Below are positions 51,001-61,779 of a stretch of 64,000 nt of DNA, in pieces. Where the stretch lies: positions 16,096,651 to 16,160,650 of the forward strand of contig CM120647.1 in NCBI GenBank assembly GCA_051362555.1, in the 5' to 3' direction. The first letter of the stretch is position 1; each line of letters opens with the position of its first letter. The translations under genes and the position numbers were made by a program. Below the pieces are notes generated by a model. The model searched no databases. It was not told the DNA's origin and was given only the letters and a program-made list of their open reading frames with translations. This stretch comes from Lingula anatina. Taxonomy: Eukaryota > Animalia > Brachiopoda.

Positions 51001-54000
51001 TATGCAAAAGTTAATTTGCTAAGTCCCACGAGATCCCTCATTCGCTCTCGTAACATCCCAATTCAGGGGCCAGGTGGTTGTCGTGATTGACTGACGTGCC
51101 TCATCCGGACTCGAACCCGTGACTTTGCGTTACCAAGGTTGATGACGCTTTGGACGCCTCATTTGCATCCTGGCACGCTACCGACTGCTCCGTGACTGAC
51201 CCTCCCACCCTCCCTACGTGCGAGTTTCCTCTTATAGTAATCAATCGCAATTTTATAAAACTTAATTCTGGCAAAAAATATTGTCACAGAAGCTGCTGGG
51301 ACTCGAACCGGCGTTCGAGTGACTGCCTGCATGCAAGACAGCAGAGTTACCACGCAGCCACGACAGCTCCGTGGATACGAAGGGATCGGATGGAAACTTT
51401 CAACCTCGTCACGGAGAGCGCCAGATTGGGTGTACATGTGTACCCCTGCTGAAGTCGTGTTTGACAACCCGACACGGGACTTGGAGATTGTTTTATACTA
51501 AGATTTACTATGGCTTTACCCATGATATTAAAGAGTACAATGGGATCTTACTTTGGCTTTACCCATGATATTAAAGAGCACAGTGGGATCAAAGGCCGTC
51601 CACAACAGGCTTGTTTTACTTTTAGCGAGACCCTAAGAGAAGAGAATAAAAAAAAAAAACATTCAAGAGTAATTACTGGTGCGATTGCAGCGATGGAAAA
51701 TTTTAGTGAAACATATTTGGCAAATAATACCGCCAAAGAGATATCGTTTTTCTACCGAACACGGTTAACAAGTGGTATTACGTGCTGTTATGCCAGAAAA
51801 GCTATTGAATCAAAACAAGTTGGATCGCATTCATTGATAGGCCTGCTCTGAACGTTCCTAGTCCGATGACTTCAGATAATTTTATTTTCAATTTGTTTGG
51901 CACTGGAATAACGTTTGGTTTCACCTTTGACGTTATAGAGAACGATGAGGTCCGCAGCAGTTCACACCTCGGCGGTTTTAGGATTGAGTAGTCTTTACTC
52001 TTTCAAATGTCGACTGCCGACTTGCCCCAGGTACTGTTAAACAGTCTTGAGAAGCAAGGGTCCAAGATAGAAAAGGAGGGCCACGAACAAACAAAATGTG
52101 TGCCTGTTAAAAGGAGTAGAGGCGACGCGACTTTTGTAAAAAATCAAAAAATTTCTCTCTGATAATCCCATCAAGAAGATAGAACATTTTGATGAAATGC
52201 AGTACGTACAGAGTTAGCTATAGCTCAGTTTAAGTTCTAGACCTGTGGCACCAATAGAAGGACTTTTAACTAAAGAGAAATGAAATATAATCGTCGACGC
52301 AGATGTAACCTTTGTAAAGTATACCGCATATTTATGCAAAAGTTAATTTGCTAAGTCCCACGAGATCCCTCATTCGCTCTCGTAACATCCCAATTCAGGG
52401 GCCAGGTGGTTGTCGTGATTGACTGACGTGCCTCATCCGGACTCGAACCCGTGACTTTGCGTTACCAAGGTTGATGACGCTTTGGACGCCTCATTTGCAT
52501 CCTGGCACGCTACCGACTGCTCCGTGACTGACCCACCCACCCTCCCTACGTGCGAGTTTCCTCTTATAGTAATCAATCGCAATTTCATAAAACTTAATTC
52601 TGGCAAAAAATATTGTCACAGAAGCTGCTGGGACTCGAACCGGCGTTCGAGTGACTGCCTGCATGCAAGACAGCAGAGTTACCACGCAGCCACGACAGCT
52701 CCGTGGATACGAAGGGATCGGATGGAAACTTTCAACCTCGTCACGGAGAGCGCCAGATTGGGTGTACATGTGTACCCCTGCTGAAGTCGTGTTTGACAAC
52801 CCGACACGGGACTTGGAGATTGTTTTATACTAAGATTTACTATGGCTTTACCCATGATATTAAAGAGTACAATGGGATCTTACTTTGGCTTTACCCATGA
52901 TATTAAAGAGCACAGTGGGATCAAAGGCCGTCCACAACAGGCTTGTTTTACTTTTAGCGAGACCCTAAGAGAAGAGAATAAAAAAAAAACATTCAAGAGT
53001 AATTACTGGTGCGATTGCAGCGATGGAAAATTTTAGTGAAACATATTTGGCAAATAATTCCGCCGAGGAGATATCGTTTTTCTACCGAACACGGTTAACA
53101 GGTGGTATTACGTGCTGTTATGCCGGAAAAGCTATTGAATCAAAACAAGCTGGATCGCATTCATTGATAGGCCTGCTCTGAACGTTCCCAGTCCGATGAC
53201 TTCAGATGCTTTTATTTTCAATTTGTTTGGCACTGGAATAACGTTTGTTTTCACCTTTGACGTTATAGAGAACGATGAGGTCCGCAGCAGCTCACGACTC
53301 GGCGGTTTTAGAATTGACTAGTCTTTACTCTTTCAAATGTCGACTGCCGACTTGCCCCAGGTACTGTATGAACAGTCTTGAGAAGCAAGGGTCCAAGATA
53401 GAAAAGGAGGGCCACGAACAATCAAAATGTGTGCCTGTTAAAAGGAGTAGAGGCGACGCGACTTTTGTAAAAAATCAAAAATTTTCTCTCTGATAATCCC
53501 ATCAAGAAGATAGAACATTTTGATGAAATGCAGTACATACAGAGTTAGCTATAGCTCAGTTTAAGTTCTAGACCTGTGGCACCAATAGAAGGACTTTTAA
53601 CTAAAGAGAAATGAAATATAATTGTCGACGCAGATGTAACCTTTGTAAAGTATACCGTATTTTTATGCAAAAGGTAATTTGCTAAGTCCCACGAGATCCC
53701 TCATTCGTTCTCGTGACATCCCAATTCAGGGGCCAGGTGGTTGTTGTGATTGACTGACGTGCCTCATCCGGGACTCGAACCCGTGACTTTGCGTTACCAA
53801 GGTTGATGACGCTTTGGACGCCTCATTTGCATCCTGGCACGCTACCGACTGCTCCGTGACTGACCCACCCACCCACCCTCCCTAGGTGCGAGTTTCCTCT
53901 TATAGTAAACGATCTCAATTTTTAAAATTTAATTTCGGCAAAAAAATGAGATAACCTCTGCTATGACTCGAACCAGCGTACGAGTGTCTGCCTGTATGAA

Positions 54001-56760
54001 AGACAGCAGAGTTACCACGGAGCCACGCCAGCTTCGTTGTTCTAACGTGACCAGATGGAAGCTTTCAACCTTGTCACGGAGAGCGCCAGATTGGATGTGC
54101 ATGTGTAGCTCTGCTATCCCAATCGATAATCCGCAACCCTGGGGTCCCCGACATGAACGGTCAAGTTCATGATGTACAGGAAATCCTATTTGAGAACCGG
54201 ACACAGAGCTTGGAGATGTGTAATGACGTGCTGTTATACCGGAAAAGCTACTGATTCAATTCAAGTCCGATCGCTTTTATTGATAGACCTGCTCGGATCG
54301 TTCCTGGTCATTTGACTACGCTTCGATTTCTGAAAAAAAAACACACCAATGGTCCCTACTTGAAATTAGATATTTGACTAGTTGAATCATAGTTTTATCC
54401 CGTAACGAAAGACACAATACGCTCTCTTAAACAACAAAAAGTTTCCGAACCCCACGCCAAAAGGGAGGGGGGGGAGAGAGAGACGGATTCAGATCGACAG
54501 ACCCCTCCCCCCTTTCAAATAATCCAGGTTCCGCCTACCCTCTACCAGGGCGAGTGATAGATTTTTTACAGATATTCACAGATATGTCTCTAGCTAGATA
54601 GATGGTCATTTAAAGCTCAACTCAACTATCTAGCTAGAGCCTCTTGAGCTGATAGCAATTTATCGTGAACCCCCCAGGGAGTTAAGTCGATCCAGTTGGA
54701 TCGATCTAAGTATTGGAACCCATTCTAAGGTACTTGTATATTTTGGAAGTAATCCCGCCTCAAAGAAAGAGGCACGGACCACCCGTACGTCTTCATCTTC
54801 AAGCAAAACCCATTTGGTCTTAATTTTTTTCTGCAAAGTTATAGGCTTAATAATTGTTTTCAGACATTGTTTATGTTTCTTTTGCCTATTTGAATCGTTC
54901 TTTAATTTGAACATATTTTTTGAAATACTGGTGATGATTTTATTGATCCACATTTTTACCTGTAATACCCCGGTAGTATAGGGGAGGCCTTCCATCAAGT
55001 CTCTTTAATAAAGTTGCTTTAAGATGCTAAATTATTTCATTTGGACTCGCTCCCGACGCTTTGTTAATGGATACGGTCACTTTACTAAATGATATGTGAT
55101 CAATTCTTTTACCCCATAGTTCCTTTGTCCTAAATTGATGGGGGGCCAACTTACCCCGGGGTCCAACTAGCCCCGGTCTCCCCTAATCTTGCTGTAATCT
55201 CAAAAGATTGTTTAAGTACTCTATTTTCATCTCTTTTAATCGGATAAAGAACAAAACAATGAATTATTTTAGCCTACAATTATTTTTTTTTAATTTGTGG
55301 CTGTACTTTTATGCACCTGCCAAGATTCTGCGCTAATACTCCGCCGGTATCACCGGTGTAACGTGACAGAGAGACCCCCATGACAGAGGGTCCGCTTTCC
55401 ATTCATTTGTACAGGTGAACTTCGCCCTAGATTTTGACCCACTTAGGTCAGACTAACCCTAACCATTGTAACTGTATGGAGGGCGGACTTTTTGTTACAC
55501 GGACTCTCAAGTTCGTTACACCGGTCAGGCCCGTAGCCAGCAATTTCAAAAGGGGGGTTCTTTTTCTGAAAAAGTGGACCTTTTCCCATAAAAACTTCAT
55601 GTACCTAGATCAAATTTTACCCAGAGTGGACCTTTTCCCAGCAAAAGGGGCGGTTCTTTCGAACCCCCCGAACCCCCCCTGGCTAGGGGCCTGCCGGTAA
55701 TATGTTATAAAACCGTTTATGATTAGCGACTCAGAGCTTCACTGATGAACAATACATATCTGAGCAAAAAAGGAGAACGCAACGTAAATACCTTTACGGT
55801 TACCGCACCATCAAGACATGCAGTATTAATGACATTCACAAAAACTCATTACAGACGTGGTCCCAATCGCCCCGATGTCTCCTGGTCAAGGTCAAGGTCA
55901 AGGCCGATGGTCGCCCTGGACACCATGGACACCATGTTCAAAAGATAACCAGGGGGCGTGCTCCAAGACGAGATCTCGCATCTGTGATACCCCGTATCAG
56001 CAGGGAGGGTTCGGGGGCTGTGTAGGACAGCGAGTGGAGGCTAAGGCGTGTCAGGCCTTCTGCTGCTGGGGTGAGTCGGAAATTTACTGAGGACGTTTGC
56101 AAAAATTATTAAACCTTTGTTAAGTTAATTAGGTGCTTATTCAAAGTAATTAAGACATTTCCTACAAGTAGGTCAGAGTAAGAGTGCATTCCCAGAGATT
56201 TAGATCGATCCATCCGGATCGACCTAACTCCCTGGGGGTTCACGACCGTTAATTACCCCCTTACAGCTTTTAGTAAGCAGGACAGACGCTTAAGCTAAGC
56301 TGACAGTAATCTAGTAAGACTCCCCACAGGGATAGATCGATCTAAAATCTGTGGGAATGGGGTCTAAGATAAAATTAGATGAGTTATTCAGTTCGACTAC
56401 AGACAGTAAGATGTTCATATCAAGACCGTGGCGATAGCGTTTTACATTGCCTATACGAAAACAGCGTTCAGTAGTTATACCTATTTTCCACTGTATCTGA
56501 GGTATCGGTTTACTAGAAATTAACTTTTATACAATCTGGATTTTCCCGGTACCCTTGTGTTTACAAGTATAGTTATTGGAAACGGTCGCAGCATGCTAAT
56601 AGATGTAAAGTGTTTCCCGTTTCGTCTAATTACTGACTTCCACATTTTCCAAAACTGCCAATAGTTCAAGTGCCTTTTAAACGACTTAAAACTGAATGGA
56701 TGTTATATTGTCATTGCAGATGGTCACGAGGAGTTGTTCTATACGTCACGTGAATGCTAA
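45028..56760 (+). CDS. Secreted vWA + Pro/Thr stalk + 4xTSP1 protein (~534 aa, 10 coding exons); paralog of the genes at 8.1 kb and 15.0 kb
   Basis: Phase-1 exons 45028-45133, 45577-45819 (MIDAS DASES), 46130-46258 (TNIPDAM, LTDG), 46640-46837, 47231-47425 (PT-rich), 47638-47769, 48119-48292, 48715-48885, 55855-56070, 56720-56760 (stop TAA). Probable UTR exon donor at 42827; AATAAA near 56897. Confidence 0.87.
48986..49252. mobile_element. CAGTGGCGGAT...ATCCGCCCCTG MITE
   Basis: Short TIRs and G-rich tracts. Related copies at 57126-57386, 54320-54540 (partial) and from 38710 (left end only). Confidence 0.7.
51097..51200 (-). pseudogene. tRNA-like (Pol III A/B box) module 1 in the macrosatellite; copies at ~52429-52532, ~53760-53864 and partial ~50280
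   Basis: Minus strand reads GGAGCAGTCGGTAGCGTG (D-arm / A-box-like), a ~40-nt insert, then TAACGCAAAGTCACGGGTTCGAGTCC (T-arm / B box). It resembles the 3' half of tRNA-Ile; the acceptor stem is not intact. Confidence 0.5.
51292..51367 (-). pseudogene. tRNA-like module 2 in the macrosatellite; copies at ~52624-52699 and ~53959-54032
   Basis: Minus strand GCTGTCGTGGCTGCGTGGTAA (A-box-like) ... CTGT-CTTGCAT-GCAG anticodon-like hairpin (CTTTCAT loop in the third copy) ... GGTTCGAGTCCC (B box) ... CAGC. Confidence 0.5.
54979..55185. mobile_element. Probable Tc1/pogo-type MITE (TAGGGGAG...CTCCCCTA)
   Basis: Ends TAGGGGAGGCC and GCCCCGGTCTCCCCTA with subterminal CCAACTT/TAGCCCCGG repeats; superfamily inferred from TA ends only. 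Confidence 0.45.
55526..55693. mobile_element. CAGG...CCTG MITE with an apparent 5-bp target-site duplication
   Basis: CCGGT|CAGGCCCGTAGCCAG...CTGGCTAGGGGCCTG|CCGGT. An inverted, 5'-decayed copy lies at about 13225-13379. Confidence 0.8.
56182..56364. mobile_element. MITE family A copy with TAA target-site duplication
   Basis: TAA|GAGTGCATTCCCAGAGATTTAGATCGATC...GATCGATCTAAAATCTGTGGGAATGGGGTC|TAA. Confidence 0.8.
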
Positions 56761-57125
56761 ATAGGCGACCTACATTGGATGAAATTAAAAACGAAGTTCG
56801 ATCAGGAGTGGAGAACATCTGGAGAGGAGAAGCTTGCCTGCTCTTTGTATGGTTTCTTCAATAACAGTGGCCAATTTTTTTTTTAACTATTTGCCAAATA
56901 AACAAATGGAGACATTTCTCTGTCGCCTTTTTTTTCTTTGACAATCAAATGCTGTATCTTATAGCATGGTATTTTTTTCGGTTGAACTTGCTGCTTCCAT
57001 AGGTTGATTTTTTACTTCCATCATATCAAAATACCGAAATGATTTTTTTCCTGCATCTAATAATTCACTAATGCATCTACCCGTTTGCTGACTAAAACAA
57101 TAAAAATTCTATCGGCATTCACACT

Positions 57126-57386
57126 CAGTAGCGGATTTAGTGGGGGGGGGGGTAAGGGGGGGTCCTGATTCCCCTTCGAATTCTGAAGGAAAATAACACC
57201 AATGGTCCCCTCTTGAAATTAGAATTTTGAGTAGCTGAATCATAGTACTTAACCGTACCACATGCCACCGTTCGCCCGCTATGCCAAAAAAATTTCGGGG
57301 AGGGGGCGAGGGCTGGCTTCGTATCCGAGGCCTGTCATTCATAAAAAACGCCCCTCCCCCTTCAAATAATCCTGAATCCACCCTTG
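57126..57386. mobile_element. CAGT(G/A)GCGGAT-family MITE copy
   Basis: Shares CACCAATG(G/A)TCCCCTCTTGAAATT and CCTTCAAATAA.CCTG.ATCC with 48986-49252. Confidence 0.65.
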
Positions 57387-57936
57387 ATATACATATAGAT
57401 AGTTAATTATTTTTTGCGAGGTATAAGGACCTCGGACCCTTTATCGTCACTTTAACAACTTTCTATATTGAGATGAGATGGCATCTTCATCCCCGAACAA
57501 GATCTTTTCACGAAGAATTTGCATAGATGACAAGTGTATGGGCTACTATTCTGTGCTGCAAGACATAATATTTGAGAAACCGATTTTGCATTTTTACCCT
57601 AAATTTGCGATAATGACGTCATTGGGGAAATTACATTTCTAACCCTGTTATTTCGAATATGCCGAGTTAACTTTTCCTTTCAATATACGTACGTTACGAA
57701 ATAATGAATGTAGTTTTTTTTTTTTACTTCAAATGTAAAAATTACCATGAGAAAAAAAATGTAGTGCCATCTCTAACACGTGACGTACTGATGTCACTGC
57801 GTTAAGTCCACGTGGCAATGACACCATCACTGGGTCTGTGCATCAATGATAATAACATTGAAATCAAAATAAAATCATTTATTACTTAAATTAATTAAAT
57901 ACCCCATACAACTCTAATAGTTCACTGTTAAGTGAT

Positions 57937-59390
57937 TCATTTTGATAATTCATCATGCACTTTCTTCAAATGAATCTCTAAGGAGCTTCTCAGCAAAAAT
58001 TGTTTTTCACATAAATGGCAAAGGAAGAGGTGAAGTGCCTCGTGCTCAGAGCAGTCTTTTTGGTCTCTGAACTTTTTACGACAATGCTGGCACTTGTACA
58101 GAAACGGGTCGGTGTGTACTCTTTTTTCGTGAAATTGCCGCCCCTTAGTCTCTGGGAATCTTTTCTCACAAAACCGACGCTTGAACGGCTTCTCTCCTGT
58201 GTGTGTTCTCTCATGCCTCCGGTGGGTGCTCTGACGTCTGAAAGTTTTCTCACAAAATTTACAAGAATACGGTTTTTCTCCTGTGTGAATCATCTCATGA
58301 TGATCCCTCGATTCTTTCCTTGCGAACCCTGTGGAACAAAACTTGCAACGGTGAGGTTTCTCCACCTGGTGCGGACGCCTGCGCTTGTGTTTTTGCAAAT
58401 TTATCAAGCTGACAAAGCCCTTATTACAACAGTCACAGTGATACGGCATCTCTGCCGAGTGCTCCGATACTTCATGTTCCACGCATTGTCCTCTTTGAAG
58501 AAACATTTCACCACAATACTGACACATATTGGGTGTGTTGTCACTATGCCTACTAACATGGAGATCCCGAAGTTCTTTGTACGGAAATACTTCATTGCAG
58601 TACTTACATATGTACACAGTTCGCATCTCTTTTAAATGTGTCAATCTATGTTTAGAGAAAACATCTTCAGATGTAAAGTTAGCACAACAGATATCACAGA
58701 TGTAGATGGTCTCCTCTTCCTTCTTAACATTTCTCTCCTCGCTGATCACATCGCTACCACCTTCAGAATCACCCACGGCCATGCCGTCATTTCTCTCGTT
58801 ATCAGACACGCAGGGTTCATTGATCACCTCTACCTCCGAGACTTCATCTATGTTCGGTTTACACGTTCTTCCTGGGTTGTTATAGTAGCTTAAATAGTCG
58901 TGATCTAGGAAAAGGCCAGGCTCCATCTTCTGATCAGGTGGCTCATCACTATCTGAGGATGTTCCGTCCATTCTCTTGCATAGTGTTGTAAGCGGTTTGT
59001 AATTGTTAAAACTTGAAAAGAAAAGGTATAGTAAGCAAAGTGAACAAAGATGAGCAAATTTAAGGCACAATCTCATCTAAAAATATTATTTTTATCTGAA
59101 CACAAGTTACTGCCACCTCCCGTGACTTTTAAAATCCAATCCATGTACTGTAGGCCTATTTGTGGAAATAAGAAAATGAAGAAACTGCCTACATCATCTA
59201 GTTTCATCTCTGAAACTCATGCTAAAGTATGATCAACTACTTACACATCCATGAGAAGTTTGGCCAACTTTTCATTGGAATTTTGTTGAAGTTCAACTTT
59301 GAGGCTATTCCATCTCCCGAGTTCGTCACCAATATTGATCCAGTTTGGGGGCATTGGCACTATCAGCGGAGAATCTTTTCCCGTCGACAT
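57937..59390 (-). CDS. C2H2 (Kruppel-type) zinc-finger protein with a short N-terminal helical motif (~406 aa, 2 coding exons)
   Basis: Exon 59390-59245 (MSTGKD...INIGDELGRWNSLKVELQQNSNEKLAKLLMD; an alternative start lies at 59465) splices in phase 2 to 59011-57937. That exon has about 9 CxxC...HxxxH fingers and HTGEKP linkers. Upstream donor near 59673; AATAAA on the minus strand at about 57877. Confidence 0.85.
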
Positions 59391-60000
59391 TGTGGCTAGA
59401 AGAATGTTATTTGCACCAGTGTTTGGAAATTTGACCTTCCTTATGGTTTTTATTCGCAACTGCATGAAGCATCTGTAATAAAAAAAAATATGGTAATATG
59501 CTTTTGTCTTGGGGGGGGGGGGGGTAATCATGTCAGAATATGTTGATGACGACGTGAACCGATATGGAGTTGATCCTTCATTTTCCACCTTACCCAAGTT
59601 ACTATTACTTCGCACCGACAAAAAAGATCCCTATAGTCAACTATTACCTGGTAAGTGTATGAGAAGCACTTACCTGAAAACTTAGCCCTAGCAACTCAAC
59701 CTAACATTACCCATGTTGAACTCTGATGGCGGCTAGCGGTAAAGTGGGAATCAACTAACAACCGAAACTGCGCGATTCAAGAAGAAATCTCACCTAGCAC
59801 ATTTGTCAACGTAGCCATTCCATAGAACACGAATGCCCAAAAGTGTGCTTTATACTAAGTGTGCTTTACACAAACACGCGTATACATAAATGGTAACGAG
59901 GATTGAGAAAACATCTGGAGTCTGCTTTTGATTTCATATCCATAAACGAAATGCATATAAAACTATATATACGTTATCAATACAATGCAACCGACGTGTA

Positions 60001-60145
60001 GCCGCAAGTTAGAAGACAATGTGTGATTACGCACAGCAGTAGGAGGCCGCTACCCCTTCCCAGCAAGGAGTCAACAAAGCCGCATGTTAGAAGACAATGT
60101 GTGTTTACTCACAGCAGTAGGAGGCCGCTACTCCTTCCCAGCAAG
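60001..60145. repeat. Two-copy ~78-bp tandem repeat upstream of the zinc-finger gene, with a diverged partial copy at ~60895-60985
   Basis: GCCGCA.GTTAGAAGACAATGTGTG.TTAC.CACAGCAGTAGGAGGCCGCTAC.CCTTCCCAGCAAG occurs twice. Confidence 0.8.
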
Positions 60146-60819
60146 ACACAAACACTGATGCGCGTGACCCTCGCCTCATTAGGGGTGAGAGGCTGTCCTT
60201 TCATGATTGGTATTGTTCATTAGCACACTTCTTAATCAGTATTCGCACGCACGCACGCCTCTTGGTTGCTTTCAAAAGTTGCCTCAATCGGCCAAGAATG
60301 TGATCACATTTATCTGCCGACATACTAAGCCTTTGGCGTATTGTTAGGAAATTTGGATCTTCAAAAAACTGACCAATATCTATGATTTCTTTTTCGTTTT
60401 GCTGTACGAAAATTAAAATTCATTGATATCTTTTATACATGCACGTCGCGTCTAGTTTTGCGTTAACGGGTCCTACAATTGTTCCGCCGTGCATGCTTCC
60501 TATATATGCAACCGTATCAGACTCATTGCATCGGAGAAGTTTTGTCAATATTTTAAAAAAATTCAAATATTTGTGTCCCAGAAAGCATTTATTGACCGTG
60601 TCGTTCCATGGGGTGATACTTTACCAGCACATGTATTTCTGTAATAATTTAAAATGCATCGCTGCCCCTCGTATGTAACACACGAAAACATGAGCCCTAG
60701 CCATGCGTGTTATCGTGTGCATTATTTGTCGTACAGGGCCCTATCTTTAGGCAGGTGACATTATTTGTCTACACATTTACCCGGTTATTGCAAGTAATTC
60801 AAGCAAAAGGACATGAGTG

Positions 60820-60850
<31 letters not shown>

Positions 60851-61779
60851 ACAATGCTGGCGAGGAACTTTATCAGTAGAAAATAAAAAAAATAGTGCGT
60901 GATTACACACAGACAAAGGTAGTACCCGCCCCTTCCCAGCAAGTACTTGGCACAGTTGTAGGAGCACCTCACTTAATTAGGGGTATTTAGACAACTGCTA
61001 ATGACCGTCATTATCTGTCAGGATTGTCGTCTATCTGTGCTTTATTTTAGACTCGTGCCTTTCATTCGTATCTCCGTTGCAAATCTTTGAGACTATTGCG
61101 ATGTTGTTACACGTATTAAGAGATCACTGGCCGACTTATTTCAATCATGCACCTTTCCCGTTCGTATGTGTGCATTAAATCAGGAAATCTTATGACAATT
61201 ATATTGTAAAAAAAAAACGTTTGTAGTATTTGAAACTACAAATTCTTCCGAATCGTATCTATAGATTTACAAATTTTGTTGTTAAATATATCGCTGATTT
61301 TTTAACAAAGGAAATTGTGTGGATTAGGACATAATTGGCGCGCGCATATTAACAAATAACGAATATTTGTGCAAAGGACAATACTTCGGCTTTCAGTTCA
61401 CAGGTAATAAACATATTTATTATACTCATTTTAATAGCTGCACACTACTTCTTATACTATTCCTTACATTGTGAAATATAAAAAAAAATAAAAACTAATT
61501 GTTAATCACATAGTCACACAAGAATGTTGAAACAGTTATAATTATGCATTTCTAATGAAGAAAAAGAACGACACTTGTAATCCATGAAACAATAATCAAA
61601 AGCAAAAAAGCAGTTTTGCTTGGAGAGATAGCAGCTGTTTAAATAACTATGCTATAAATTCGCTTTGTCCTACACAGTTAATAAAGAGTAAACATGCTTT
61701 CTTTTTCATCATAGAAAAATTAAAAATCGTATCAATGTCAACTTTTTTTATCAAATAAGCCTTAGACGGGTAAGTTTTC

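Larger units (their letters stand above)
49850..54320. repeat. Intronic macrosatellite with a 1332-bp period (about 2.5 near-identical units plus diverged edge copies)
   Basis: Equivalent positions 51150, 52482 and 53814 are each 1332 apart, and the ORF track repeats accordingly. Core ~50560-53890 is nearly identical between units. Diverged or deleted copies occupy ~49850-50560 and ~53890-54320. Each unit has an internal ~43-bp duplication (51511-51590). Confidence 0.95.

Noticed and set aside
51150-53036. Identical 60-113 aa ORFs appearing twice
   Set aside because: A by-product of the 1332-bp tandem repeat; no recognisable domain, and one is frameshifted between copies at an A-run.
49850-54320. 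CRISPR-like or functional tRNA-gene interpretation of the tandem repeat
   Set aside because: There is no short repeat / unique spacer pattern and no cas gene, and the tRNA-like parts lack complete acceptor stems.
58015-58635. 206-aa plus-strand ORF
   Set aside because: Antisense shadow of the zinc-finger exon.
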